Assembly: GCF_000011125.1 (NCBI RefSeq)
Contig: NC_000854.2
Span: forward strand, 780,001 to 812,000
Source of the DNA: Aeropyrum pernix K1
GTDB taxonomy: Archaea > Thermoproteota > Thermoprotei_A > Sulfolobales > Acidilobaceae
Direction: 5' to 3'
Length of the DNA stretch: 32,000 nucleotides
Shown: piece after piece, positions 1 to 9,688 of the stretch
How positions within the stretch are numbered: the first letter of the stretch is position 1
Layout of the letters: each line of letters starts with the position of its first letter
The notes under the pieces: model-generated
Databases searched by the model: none
Told to the model about the DNA's origin: nothing
The model's input: only the letters and a program-made list of their open reading frames with translations
Translations under genes and position numbers: made by a program

Positions 1-457
1 GGTAGACTCTGGAGGCGGCGAAACCGTAGAAGTACGTGTCCGGCGTGGTCACGGTGATGGGAGCAGTATATAGGAAAGTAGGCTGTACCGTCTCACCATG
101 ATCTTCAGAAACTCCCAAAGTCTCTATAGAGGTCTTAAGCCTGTCAACCATGGCTTTTATTAGGGAGTGCATAGGCTCAACAAGGAACCCCCGGGCCGCA
201 ATAGGCCTTTTACTGGCAAAGCTAGCCAGTAAGGGTGCCATGAACACCTCTGTTTTCCCGGCCCCAGTAGGGGCCCCAAGAAAGACAACACCTCCTGGAC
301 TTTCATATGCTATCCTGCAAATCTCCTCGGCGGCCTTAGCCTGGCTGTTTAGTAGAGCTTCGTTAACAGCCTTCTTAGCACCTTCCACATGGATCCGTCT
401 CTTCACCATCTTCAAGATTGTCTTTTTGAGGACGTTAGGCTGGCATCCATATTCCAT
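1..457 (-). CDS. cas3: Cas3' helicase, N-terminal part (type I-A), truncated by window edge
   Basis: Own minus-strand translation gives ...AAEEICRIAYESPGGVVFLGAPTGAGKTEVFMAPLLASF...TAPITVTTPDTYFYGFAASR: a Walker A GAPTGAGKTE and helicase-like TTPDT. It lies directly after cas5, as in type I-A operons. Start at 457 or 409 is unresolved. Confidence 0.82.
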   Translation of the reverse strand, partial: MEYGCQPNVLKKTILKMVKRRIHVEGAKKAVNEALLNSQAKAAEEICRIAYESPGGVVFLGAPTGAGKTEVFMAPLLASFASKRPIAARGFLVEPMHSLIKAMVDRLKTSIETLGVSEDHGETVQPTFLYTAPITVTTPDTYFYGFAASRVY

Positions 458-1349
458 AGCCGGACACCTCGTGGAAGCTCTCGTGCACAGCTACATTAAT
501 CCTCCCGTCGATCCCCTCAACGCTGCATCCGTATACCGAGCCTTCAACTTCTATCTCCGAATAGACTAGAACGTAGCCGCGTTCTACAGCCTCTTTTTTC
601 ACTGGCATTGCTATAGCAATGGCCTCGCTTCTCCGAGTTCTGCCAGTACGTCCTGCACGAGCTGGGGCATATACGACGGTGAAGCTCCCTCCAACAGCAC
701 TGTCTAAAGCTACGGGAGTATTGACCGACTTAGACCTAAACTCGGCCAGCTGGCATCTCCCAACAGGGCGTGCGGATACTAGTGATTCGCTGTCTCCTAG
801 ACGATCTATGTACCATAGGGCCTTCTCAATTCTGTTAGCATTATCTCTGCCCCGAGCGACAAATACAGCATACACTGGATTATAAGGTGTTATATAGCCT
901 CGTAATAAGGCATCACTTATTCTACTTAACTCGTCTAAAACTCTATTACCCCTATTCTCCCTTGTCGAGCCCTCTTCTGAATCCGGTTCTAAAACTTTCC
1001 GGAGCCTCCGGAGCACAACCTCCCACTCTACCCCCAGTATTTGGCCTGGCTTTGATAGTGGTGCAGCCGCCTTGACAATCCTGCCAGTCTTCTTTATACA
1101 CGACTGGCTCGCTATCCCGCCGGTGCATGAGCCCAGTAGTGATGCACCCCTCATGAGACCCCCTAGAAGTGTTGAAGGCAGTGGAAGGGGTAGGGGTGAT
1201 GCCACCTGATAAGACTCAGGATTTTTTACAGAAAAAGCTGGGGTGGCTAGCTCGGCCACTACCACCCAGTCTCCAGGCCTCACGGTATCCGATAAGGATC
1301 CGTTGCCGTCAGTTATTGACATACTAGCTCTACGCTTCCTTCCCACCAT
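435..1349 (-). CDS. cas5: CRISPR-associated protein Cas5, type I-A
   Basis: N-terminal region VVVAELATPAFSVKNPESYQVASPLPLPLPSTLLGGLMRGA is Cas5-like; located between cas7 and cas3'. Confidence 0.8.
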   Translation of the reverse strand: MVGRKRRASMSITDGNGSLSDTVRPGDWVVVAELATPAFSVKNPESYQVASPLPLPLPSTLLGGLMRGASLLGSCTGGIASQSCIKKTGRIVKAAAPLSKPGQILGVEWEVVLRRLRKVLEPDSEEGSTRENRGNRVLDELSRISDALLRGYITPYNPVYAVFVARGRDNANRIEKALWYIDRLGDSESLVSARPVGRCQLAEFRSKSVNTPVALDSAVGGSFTVVYAPARAGRTGRTRRSEAIAIAMPVKKEAVERGYVLVYSEIEVEGSVYGCSVEGIDGRINVAVHESFHEVSGYGIWMPA

Positions 1350-2373
1350 AACCTCCCACCAGCTCGGAGGCGTGATCTGCAGCTTCCTTGAGTAGGGTTC
1401 CCAGGTCCCTATACTCCTTAATCTTCAGCTTGTCGGACCCATATCCACCACAGATGCCCTCAGGATAGCAGTGTAGAATACAGCTAGCACCGTCACCGAG
1501 AGACTCGGTTACACTCTTGAGTAGACTAGCTGTCTTCTCAACATAGTTCTCATACGAACCGTGGACAGCGTTGGGAACTGGTTTGTTACACACAGCCACA
1601 ACAAGCTCTTCGACCATAGCTATGGGAAGGGCTCTGGCTTGTTTACTAGCCGCTCCTCCTAGGAGGTAGGCAAGGGCTAATAGAGAGGCTCTCGCTCTCC
1701 TCATCCTCTCCTCTTCATCGCAAGCACTTCCACCCTCTTCGGATTCGTAGAGTGGCCTGCACAGGTATTCAAGGTCGAAAGAGGCTGAAATACCGTAGAG
1801 TCCGGAGGAGTACTCCTGCTTGAACACCATCATTTCTGTTGCGCCAGTCTCCTGGCTATTTGACTCTTCCCCAGCTCTGCGGCGCTGTAACGGGTCTACC
1901 CTATTATGGGTTACCGAGAACTTCTCTATGTTCTCCAATACCTCGTTGTTAAGAACTGGTATTGCGAAGCTAAACCTGGCAAGGCTATCCCTTTTCAACT
2001 GCCTTCCCCTTTCTGCTATAAGGAAGCCATGCAGGTCGTTACAGAAGTCCTTTATAGCTTCAGACTCTCTTGTCGCCAGCCTCCTCTCACCTTCTAGATT
2101 TGTATCAACATTGTAACCCCGCAGTCCTATACCTCTCTTGCACAGCTCGTTCAACATTGATCCTCCTAGAGCCTGATATACCTGAGCCGCATAGTACGCG
2201 TGCCAGTGCTTCAGGGAGTTCCCTGTTAGAACAGGAACTTCGTAAACTTTTGAAGAATCGCCGCAGCAGTAGACTCTAGCTCGGGCGTGCATACTGTAGT
2301 TCCCAGCTGTCCCGTGTCCTGTGAGGACTGCCACGTTGACTCTGACCCTGCCCGCAACCCTAACATACGCCAT
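1330..2373 (-). CDS. cas7: CRISPR-associated protein Cas7 (Csa2/DevR family)
   Basis: VRVAGRVRVNVAVLTGHGTAGNYSMHARARV...VPVLTGNSLKHWHAYY is characteristic of Csa2/Cas7; overlaps cas5 start. Confidence 0.88.
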   Translation of the reverse strand: MAYVRVAGRVRVNVAVLTGHGTAGNYSMHARARVYCCGDSSKVYEVPVLTGNSLKHWHAYYAAQVYQALGGSMLNELCKRGIGLRGYNVDTNLEGERRLATRESEAIKDFCNDLHGFLIAERGRQLKRDSLARFSFAIPVLNNEVLENIEKFSVTHNRVDPLQRRRAGEESNSQETGATEMMVFKQEYSSGLYGISASFDLEYLCRPLYESEEGGSACDEEERMRRARASLLALAYLLGGAASKQARALPIAMVEELVVAVCNKPVPNAVHGSYENYVEKTASLLKSVTESLGDGASCILHCYPEGICGGYGSDKLKIKEYRDLGTLLKEAADHASELVGGYGGKEA

Positions 2374-2380
2374 GCCTATG

Positions 2381-2932
2381 TCACCCCCATAGAATCTCCC
2401 TAACGCTGAGGGCGTGATAGTCAGGAGCTAGTGATAAGGCTGCAAGCCGCCTGACTTCCCGGTTCAGTAGCTTCTCGCCTCCTTCCGCCTCAACACACCT
2501 AAGATATCGGAATAACTTCTCGAGGTTGGCTGCCATATACTTTAGTCTTTTTAACGCCTCTTCCACTCTTTCCCCTTCTCCCTTGTTATAGAAAGACTCG
2601 AGATCCTTGTAGACCTTGACAGCAAGTCTAGCTAACAACGCTAGCTGTTCCTCGTAGGAAGAGGGCCTAGACGCTAGAGTGTCGGTTATATCGTATGCCT
2701 CCTCCGCTAAGATAACTATCCTAGCAGCCCTCGCAAGATCTTCCACAGGATCCCGCTGTCCATCCACTCTCTCCATACATCTTTCTAGAACCCCAATGCT
2801 GCTTACGCTCTGATAGCTGGGGGAAGCCAAAGCATGCCAGCCTCCAGTATAAATAATGCTGATTAATACCATATAAACCCTTAATGTGTCACTAATACTA
2901 TTCCATGTTTTATGGGAAAAAGAATTTTTCAC
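2381..2932 (-). CDS. csa5: Csa5-like small subunit (Cas11) of the type I-A effector; start uncertain, may be 2776
   Basis: Helical small protein immediately upstream of cas7 in the canonical csa5-cas7-cas5-cas3' order. Call rests mainly on synteny and size. Confidence 0.6.
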   Translation of the reverse strand: MKNSFSHKTWNSISDTLRVYMVLISIIYTGGWHALASPSYQSVSSIGVLERCMERVDGQRDPVEDLARAARIVILAEEAYDITDTLASRPSSYEEQLALLARLAVKVYKDLESFYNKGEGERVEEALKRLKYMAANLEKLFRYLRCVEAEGGEKLLNREVRRLAALSLAPDYHALSVREILWG

Positions 2933-2943
2933 TTGCTTTAGTG

Positions 2944-3702
2944 TTATATGCCTACTAACATGTAGCCTAAATCGGTGAGACTATAGAGCTTCCCTCTCCC
3001 CCTCACTTCTGAAGATATTAACTTCTTCGACTCAAGCTTTCGGAGAAGCCTGTCAGCAAGAGTTCTAGAGACCTGTAAAGATCTCGCAATAGACTTTACT
3101 CTAGCCCTCCCTAGGCCTGCCAAGGTTTCCACTACCAAGAGTTCCTTATAATCTATTGTAGCTAGGGGCGGCACGCTCTCGAGTTGTAAGGGCTGCAGCA
3201 TCTCAGGACGTATGTTAAGGTCTATACCCTCAGCCTCGGACTCTAAATCAACTCTTAGCATCTCCACTTTTATTCCGCGGAACACACCCACTGTTTGGAG
3301 CGCCATTGCTGTTAGAAGGGCAGAGACTACTAGCCATCTTAACCCTCCAGAGGCTAGAATGTATGCGCTGGCAGGCGCAGCCTCCTCGACAACCCTCCTC
3401 ATCTTGGCAACTCCTCTGGGTATACCATTAGAGGGGTCTAGCCATACGTCTCTCGTTTCCACATGAAGATCTCCATAAGCGTCTATAATCATGTTCTTGA
3501 GCTTCTCTACGGCGTCAACTGCCTCCCTTGTTCTGGGCTCGCTGTTAACTATTATAACGAGGCTCCCAGGCTCCAGGCCGATAGATGCTACTGCACGCCA
3601 GGGCCTGGAGTAGTTAAACCCCACTGTTGCCAGTATCACCTTTCTGAACCTCTCTCTGCTACCCAAGGCTGGCACACCCTCCTGAACCTGCATGCCACAC
3701 AC
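2944..3702 (-). CDS. csa3: CRISPR locus transcriptional regulator Csa3 (CARF domain + winged HTH); true start probably downstream of 3702
   Basis: VILATVGFNYSRPWRAVASIGLEPGSLVIIVNSEP (CARF-like start) and C-terminal wHTH ARSLQVSRTLADRLLRKLESKKLISSEVRGRGKLYSLTDLG. Confidence 0.85.
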   Translation of the reverse strand: MCGMQVQEGVPALGSRERFRKVILATVGFNYSRPWRAVASIGLEPGSLVIIVNSEPRTREAVDAVEKLKNMIIDAYGDLHVETRDVWLDPSNGIPRGVAKMRRVVEEAAPASAYILASGGLRWLVVSALLTAMALQTVGVFRGIKVEMLRVDLESEAEGIDLNIRPEMLQPLQLESVPPLATIDYKELLVVETLAGLGRARVKSIARSLQVSRTLADRLLRKLESKKLISSEVRGRGKLYSLTDLGYMLVGI

Positions 3703-4220
3703 TTTCTACCTGGCTTGGGAGGAGGTTCTAGACCATCGTCCAGGGTTTTGTTCATATCGTCAGCTAGCCTGATCACATCACGTCTCAGGCTAGGGGACAT
3801 TTTAACAACGTAAGTTTTAGAATCCTCCAGCGAAACGATAGCTAGGTAGTCAACAGAATATCCTCTGGTCTCTTCGAGGGCTAGTGCATAGGCAGCGGCC
3901 TGAAAGATAACATGGCGACCCCTAGTGTGAAGCCATCTATTAGACCTTACACTTAGCTTCGCCTCGACGACTATAATGCCCAAACTCCCCTCGACAACTA
4001 CCCCGTCTGCAACACCCTGCAGCCCTAGACGCTTGCTCCTCAAGGGTACAGCCCATTCCTCCTTCACAATTCTGAAGCCAGAGGATCTTAGGATCCCCCT
4101 AACATGGTCCACGCTATAAATCTCGCGAGAGAGATTCATAGGCTCTGTAGGCCTGTATGAAGGCCTAAGAACCTCCATATAATAAGCGACACGCGGACAG
4201 TACGCATACTCCTTCAGCAT
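3636..4220 (-). CDS. cas4: Cas4 family nuclease
   Basis: MLKEYAYCPRVAYYM, internal GVADGVVVEG...IIVVEAKLS, and C-terminal cysteine cluster CVACRFRRVC. The Met at 4220 avoids overlap with cas2. Confidence 0.88.
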   Translation of the reverse strand: MLKEYAYCPRVAYYMEVLRPSYRPTEPMNLSREIYSVDHVRGILRSSGFRIVKEEWAVPLRSKRLGLQGVADGVVVEGSLGIIVVEAKLSVRSNRWLHTRGRHVIFQAAAYALALEETRGYSVDYLAIVSLEDSKTYVVKMSPSLRRDVIRLADDMNKTLDDGLEPPPKPGRKCVACRFRRVCQPWVAERGSER

Positions 4221-4236
4221 AGACACCGGCCTCAAA

Positions 4237-4515
4237 CTACACCACCACAACTCTCTTCCCATCCTCAAGACTACCCCCAAGACCGTAGGCATCCCTAACA
4301 CTGTCGCCCGGAATAACCATCACCATGATCTTGTCTTTCCCACTGTCCGCTAGCCTCTGGAGAGCTCGGTACGCCTCCTTGGCAAGACTCCGTCCTCCCT
4401 TCGCGATGTACACGCTCTTCTGTACCCTAGCGAATCCCATCTGCAGAAGTTTCTGTGCGGCCTTGAGGCGTTTAGAATCATTGCTTATATCGTAGGCTAT
4501 TAAAACGTACACCAA
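4237..4515 (-). CDS. cas2: CRISPR-associated endoribonuclease Cas2
   Basis: MVYVLIAYDISNDSKRLKAAQKLLQMGFARVQKSVYIAKGG, typical Cas2 N-terminus; 92 aa; adjacent to cas1. Confidence 0.93.
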   Translation of the reverse strand: MVYVLIAYDISNDSKRLKAAQKLLQMGFARVQKSVYIAKGGRSLAKEAYRALQRLADSGKDKIMVMVIPGDSVRDAYGLGGSLEDGKRVVVV

Positions 4516-4518
4516 GGA

Positions 4519-5541
4519 TCACAGCCCCAGCCTAACAGCTGAGAACCCTCCGGAGCCTCGGAAAGCCTCTGCAAGCCATCGAGCCTGAACCATTATGGCG
4601 TCTTCGAGCCTAATCCTTCTACCTAACCCTCTGACAGCAGCTTTCATAGAAAGCGAGCTGGCAACTGCCTTCGCAACCTCTTTTCTAGACTTATAGTCTA
4701 GCCTTCCAGCTTCTAGCTTGAGATACATCCTCCCAGCCTTCAGAGCAAGAATCCTGTCGACAATGGGGGCTCGGAAGGGTTCTATAGCGTCCAGAGTTAG
4801 GCTAGGCTTCCCACTCTTCTCGGAGTGGAAGACGCCGAGGTATGGATCAAGGCCGACGAGAAGGAGGCTCTTCTCGACAATGCTATAGAGCATGCCGTAG
4901 CCGTAGTTGAGGGCGGCGTTGAAGGGGTCAAGGGCACCTCGGTCACGGCCGCTGAACCCGAGTCTGCCGGGAAGTATCTCGGCTATGCACTGCCAGTATC
5001 TCCTCGACGCTCTCGCCTCAATTGATAGGAGCTTGTCTCTAAACCCGGGCCCATCCTCGTCTGCTATGCGCAATGGCTCTCCAGATAGTAGCTCAACCTC
5101 GTATCCGGCCTCCCTTAGCCTCTCATCTGCTCTCTGTCTTGCAATATACTTTAGAGTCTGGCCCTGGTTGTAGATCTTCGCCGATACCAGCTCTGCTGCT
5201 ATGAGCCTTCTAAGCCTCTCGTTGGCTGAAAACTGTCCAATCCTAGTTGCCACGGTCTTATTAATAATGGGTGGGTAGAGCCTCGCCACGGGGCTGCCAT
5301 CCCAGTCTAGAAAGACGAGATCTATACCCATTTTTGCAGCCGCTCGTACGGCCGCGCTAGAAATAGAGACCCTGCTACTGGATATTATTACACGTTCCAC
5401 GCTACTCTCCACTACAACCTTTTTTCCTGCTTTAGTCTCCACAACCAACGCACCTCTAGCAACCCTTATCCTCGAACCGGGCTCTGCAACCACCATCATC
5501 AAACACCGCACACCTCCCGGAATACACATCCTGGAGGACAT
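4519..5541 (-). CDS. cas1: CRISPR-associated integrase Cas1
   Basis: Cas1-like regions: ERVIISSSRVSISSAAVRAAAKMGIDLVFLDWDGSPVARL, DPFNAALNYGYGMLYS, GLDPYLGVFHSEKSGKPSLTLDAIEPFRAPIVDR. Confidence 0.95.
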   Translation of the reverse strand: MSSRMCIPGGVRCLMMVVAEPGSRIRVARGALVVETKAGKKVVVESSVERVIISSSRVSISSAAVRAAAKMGIDLVFLDWDGSPVARLYPPIINKTVATRIGQFSANERLRRLIAAELVSAKIYNQGQTLKYIARQRADERLREAGYEVELLSGEPLRIADEDGPGFRDKLLSIEARASRRYWQCIAEILPGRLGFSGRDRGALDPFNAALNYGYGMLYSIVEKSLLLVGLDPYLGVFHSEKSGKPSLTLDAIEPFRAPIVDRILALKAGRMYLKLEAGRLDYKSRKEVAKAVASSLSMKAAVRGLGRRIRLEDAIMVQARWLAEAFRGSGGFSAVRLGL

Positions 5542-6317
5542 GCCTCCGGCAATCCCGGATCGCTCCTGTACTCTATAATTCTCGCTACCGCGTCACGCCT
5601 CTCAAGGAACCTTGTCCTGAGATGATCATCGACCCTCACTAGCCTCCAAACAATCTTCAACCCATCGTTAACCCTAAGGCCGACAACAACTCCGTAGTCC
5701 ACGGGGTTTCCAGTCCATGCCTCGACAGCAAGAGCATATCCAGCTATAGCTAGCTCCTTCCTTGCAACCCATCTATCACCATGTCCAGCGAGCACAAGGT
5801 CAACCGGCATGATGCCAACAAGTAGATCCGGCCTAACATAGTCGCTGAGACCCACAGGGCCTCCTGGCACGTTTGGCTCGACAGCAACGGGAATTCCATC
5901 AACCCTTGCAGCCGCCGAAAACTCCACGGCCTTCTCAAAAACAGCATTCATAACGCGGATCTCGTTACCTCGTGCTCTAACCCTTCTCAACAAGTAATTA
6001 AACATCCTGTAAGCATCGCCAACTCTGTGAGCCTTGAAGGGGAGCAGGAAAGCCTCGTGCACTAGAGCCCCAAGCCTGAGAAGCCCCCCATTAACCCTCG
6101 TATTTAGGACCCTCCTCAGATAAGTATCCCTGCCAACGGGGCAAACCCCTGTAACATCGCTGAGGGTAGGCCTGGCCGCGTACCTAGGACCTACGACATT
6201 CCACTTCCACCCCCTTAACTCGGCGTATACCCCATCACCAGCAGAGGATCTCACCAAGTCCCACAAGCCTCGGGGGAACAAACACAACACCTCAAAGTTA
6301 TTATACAAGCAGTACAT
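5499..6317 (-). CDS. csa1: CRISPR-associated protein Csa1 (Cas4-like); start may be internal
   Basis: PRGLWDLVRS..., RGWKW(N)VVGPRYAARPTLSDVTGVCPVGRDTYLRR...GALVHEAF...CPPGCVFREVC; first gene next to the leader, as in I-A adaptation modules. Confidence 0.85.
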   Translation of the reverse strand: MYCLYNNFEVLCLFPRGLWDLVRSSAGDGVYAELRGWKWNVVGPRYAARPTLSDVTGVCPVGRDTYLRRVLNTRVNGGLLRLGALVHEAFLLPFKAHRVGDAYRMFNYLLRRVRARGNEIRVMNAVFEKAVEFSAAARVDGIPVAVEPNVPGGPVGLSDYVRPDLLVGIMPVDLVLAGHGDRWVARKELAIAGYALAVEAWTGNPVDYGVVVGLRVNDGLKIVWRLVRVDDHLRTRFLERRDAVARIIEYRSDPGLPEACPPGCVFREVCGV

Positions 6318-6656
6318 CTATTTATCCGAATGATGTATCTATTGACACATAAGATGTGAAAAATGACACATTAACCACTTATAAGCTAAAATATGAATGG
6401 CAAGACCTTGATAATAAACTCAAGACCAGCAATCTAAACAGATGGAAAAAGTACCTATGTAAAATAGTCCATCAAAAATAAAAGCACACATAATAACGCT
6501 TAATGCGAGCAAACTACATATAAATATAAATATCCGGTAGCCTCTCTGAAGAAGAACAAAGCCGAACCGAGGGTAAAATCTATTGGATGATCGGAAAAGG
6601 AAAAATTTATATAAGAACCTAACACTAAATAAACTAAACATTGAATCGATTAAACA
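6318..6656 (+). promoter_or_regulatory. CRISPR leader and divergent promoter region
   Basis: AT-rich non-coding stretch between csa1 (minus) and the first repeat. TATA-like TTTATATAA at about 6606-6614 predicts initiation around 6635-6640, just before repeat 1. The repeat 3' end GAAAG is oriented away from it, as expected for a leader-proximal array. Confidence 0.85.
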
Positions 6657-9355
6657 GCATATCCCTAAAGGGAATAGAAAGGTAGACGCCTGCACGGTTC
6701 AGCAAATACACGGCATCCTGGCATATCCCTAAAGGGAATAGAAAGAACTGGAAGAGGGGGAGTAAGAGAGCGTTCTGGGGCTAGCATATCCCTAAAGGGA
6801 ATAGAAAGGTAGACCTGGCCGTCGAGGTGTATCTCCATGCAGCCCGCATATCCCTAAAGGGAATAGAAAGTTAGAAGCCTATTAGAGCAGGGCGTGGACG
6901 ATGGCTCGATGCATATCCCTAAAGGGAATAGAAAGATAACCTCGGTGCCAACGCGTTCGCCGTGAATGCTGGCGCATATCCCTAAAGGGAATAGAAAGGA
7001 GAACCTGTAGCGCTCGAGCCTCGCAGCCGCCCTAACGGCGCATATCCCTAAAGGGAATAGAAAGAAGAGAATTTGCGCCGATGAGGCGGGCGAGGGGTGA
7101 CGGTGCATATCCCTAAAGGGAATAGAAAGCTTCAGGTCTGCAATCGCCGCCCTGAGGTTCTGAATATCGCATATCCCTAAAGGGAATAGAAAGACCCGCC
7201 GGCGGCCTCCTCGGCGGCATAGGCTGCACAACCGGCATATCCCTAAAGGGAATAGAAAGGGGAGACTGCTAATCCGGAGGAGGCCCCGTGTGCAAAAGCA
7301 TATCCCTAAAGGGAATAGAAAGTCCTAACCGGCGGCCTCCGTATTATCCGGGGCGGCGGGCATATCCCTAAAGGGAATAGAAAGCTGGTTATAGTGAGGC
7401 CCTCCGGAGTCTCTATCACAACCGCATATCCCTAAAGGGAATAGAAAGCTTTACGCTGCCTTTCTGGCGGGGGTCCTGAGCCAGGGCATATCCCTAAAGG
7501 GAATAGAAAGTTACGGCATAGGGCTAGACCCTGCTATGAGCGGGGCACCGACGCATATCCCTAAAGGGAATAGAAAGCTTACCACCACCATTGGAGCCAC
7601 CCCAGAGCTGCCTGGGCATATCCCTAAAGGGAATAGAAAGGATTGCATAGGCGATATACCCGAATCCCAGGTCGGTAAGCATATCCCTAAAGGGAATAGA
7701 AAGAGGAGGCGGAAGTACGAGATAGTTGTTGGGCCCGGAGATGCCGGCTAGCATATCCCTAAAGGGAATAGAAAGTCCTGGACCTCCGCCTACCCCGCGT
7801 CCTAGTCTCCCGGGGCATATCCCTAAAGGGAATAGAAAGTGGACCCACAAGAAGCTGGTGAAGAGCATTATGGAGTCAAGCATATCCCTAAAGGGAATAG
7901 AAAGCCACCGCCTGAGCTCCCTCTCCAGCTCGGGGTCCACCTGGGCATATCCCTAAAGGGAATAGAAAGACCACGACGGTCTCCTCGCCCACGCCGCAGT
8001 AGTAGTCCGTGGCATATCCCTAAAGGGAATAGAAAGTGAAGAAGCAGCCTAGGCCTATACTAGTCTATGAGCTCTCGAGGGCATATCCCTAAAGGGAATA
8101 GAAAGTTATGAGGTGTGGGAGCGTGGATGGTGAGGTTGTTATAAAGTGCATATCCCTAAAGGGAATAGAAAGAGTGGGCAAGCGGATAACATCTCTATAG
8201 AGAGGTCTACGGCATATCCCTAAAGGGAATAGAAAGCCACCTGGCGAGCCGCCCACCACCCTGCGGCATACGCAGCGCCTGGGCATATCCCTAAAGGGAA
8301 TAGAAAGTCGAGCACTTCCAGGCGGCTGGCCTTGCTAGGCTTGAGAACGGCAGGCATATCCCTAAAGGGAATAGAAAGGCGGTGGTTGTGCTAGCCTTCG
8401 CATTCGCCCTCTCGGGCCCCGCATATCCCTAAAGGGAATAGAAAGCTCTTTCTCGAGCACCAGCCTGCCTTCGGAGTCCATAGCGCATATCCCTAAAGGG
8501 AATAGAAAGTTCACAGTCCACGCCTCGCAGGTCTACCATCTAGTCGATATTGCATATCCCTAAAGGGAATAGAAAGGCCGCGCTGAACGCCTACTTGCCG
8601 CCTGGCTTCGAGGCAGCATATCCCTAAAGGGAATAGAAAGATCACAAAAACGTGAACGCGCCCGCCCGGCTACAGCTTCTGCATATCCCTAAAGGGAATA
8701 GAAAGCCTCACGTACAGCCACATGGTCCCCAGGCCAGCCAGGACGGCATATCCCTAAAGGGAATAGAAAGTTACGGGTGGTGTAACTAGAAATAACTATG
8801 AAGATAGCATATCCCTAAAGGGAATAGAAAGGAAGCAACTCAGAAGAGCTTCCCTCTTGACTCTAAAGCCCTTGCATATCCCTAAAGGGAATAGAAAGAT
8901 GTGCATGGAGTGGGCATCAGAATTAATGAGATAATCAAGGCATATCCCTAAAGGGAATAGAAAGCTCGGTTACGGCGTTAGCCCCGCCGTTTGCATTGAC
9001 AAACGCATATCCCTAAAGGGAATAGAAAGGTTGCCCTAGCACCCCTGCTGGCCCTGCTCCTAGTACTGCATATCCCTAAAGGGAATAGAAAGTACAACTT
9101 CCTGAGGTGGCTCGCCGCCTACGGCCCCGTGCATATCCCTAAAGGGAATAGAAAGTGCAGCCAGCTTTACAACGCTGATCCTCTTCTCACTCCTAAGCAT
9201 ATCCCTAAAGGGAATAGAAAGGTATATAATGTCGGGGGCTATCCCGCTGCTCATATCCACGGCATATCCCTAAAGGGAATAGAAAGCTGGAGCGCCGGGA
9301 GCTCAAGAGGGACGGCAGGCGCAGGGCGAGGCATATCCCTAAAGGGAATAGAAAG
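6657..9355 (+). CRISPR. CRISPR array: 42 repeats of GCATATCCCTAAAGGGAATAGAAAG, 41 spacers of roughly 36-47 nt
   Basis: Repeat copies read one by one from 6657 to 9331-9355, all identical by eye. The short internal palindrome CCCTAAAGGG and 3' GAAAG are typical of archaeal type I-A repeats. Individual positions may be off by 1 from manual counting. Confidence 0.99.
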
Positions 9356-9429
9356 ACGGTGGGGCTTCTATTCTGAGGAGACCAGGGCTAGGTCACCCAC
9401 TCAAGCCCACCGCTGTGGCGGGGAAGAGT

Positions 9430-9472
9430 AAAACACACCAGGGGCTCCGGGGGCCCCTGGGGGCTGTGTTTA
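9430..9472. terminator. Strong inverted repeat just downstream of the array, possible pre-crRNA 3' boundary
   Basis: taaacaca + ccaggggc (9430-9445) pairs with gcccctgg (9453-9460) + tgtgttta (9465-9472), leaving a 4-nt bulge gggc and a 7-nt loop. No clear T-tract follows, so the terminator call is tentative. Confidence 0.45.
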
Positions 9473-9490
9473 CATGGTTTTCGTCGTTGT

Positions 9491-9688
9491 TCATGGTGGG
9501 CTGCCGTATACGGGGTCTAAGTCTCCATCGTCATCGTCTAGTTTTGTGTAGCATAGGCGTCTTTCCCCCTCGGCCGTGACGTTTAGGTGCTGGGCGTTGT
9601 GTTCTTCGAGGATTGGCATGAGCTGTAGCATGATCTGTGGCAGGCGGTAGGGGTTTGTTCTTATCGTGAACTCTATTTTAACCGTCAT
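9491..9688 (-). CDS. Small acidic-tailed hypothetical protein
   Basis: MTVKIEFTIRTNPYRLPQIMLQLMPILEEHNAQHLNVTAEGERRLCYTKLDDDDGDLDPVYGSPP. Composition is protein-like. The longer start at 9757 would add Gly/Pro-rich residues and lie inside a hairpin. Confidence 0.5.
   Translation of the reverse strand: MTVKIEFTIRTNPYRLPQIMLQLMPILEEHNAQHLNVTAEGERRLCYTKLDDDDGDLDPVYGSPP

Noticed and set aside
150-569. Plus-strand 139-aa ORF
   Set aside because: Antisense to the cas3' start and cas5 end. The minus-strand reading gives a clear helicase Walker A motif.
6854-9431. ORFs encoding repeated HIPKGNRK or LSIPFRDM/FLFPLGIC peptides
   Set aside because: They are translations of the CRISPR repeats GCATATCCCTAAAGGGAATAGAAAG in both strands, not genes.
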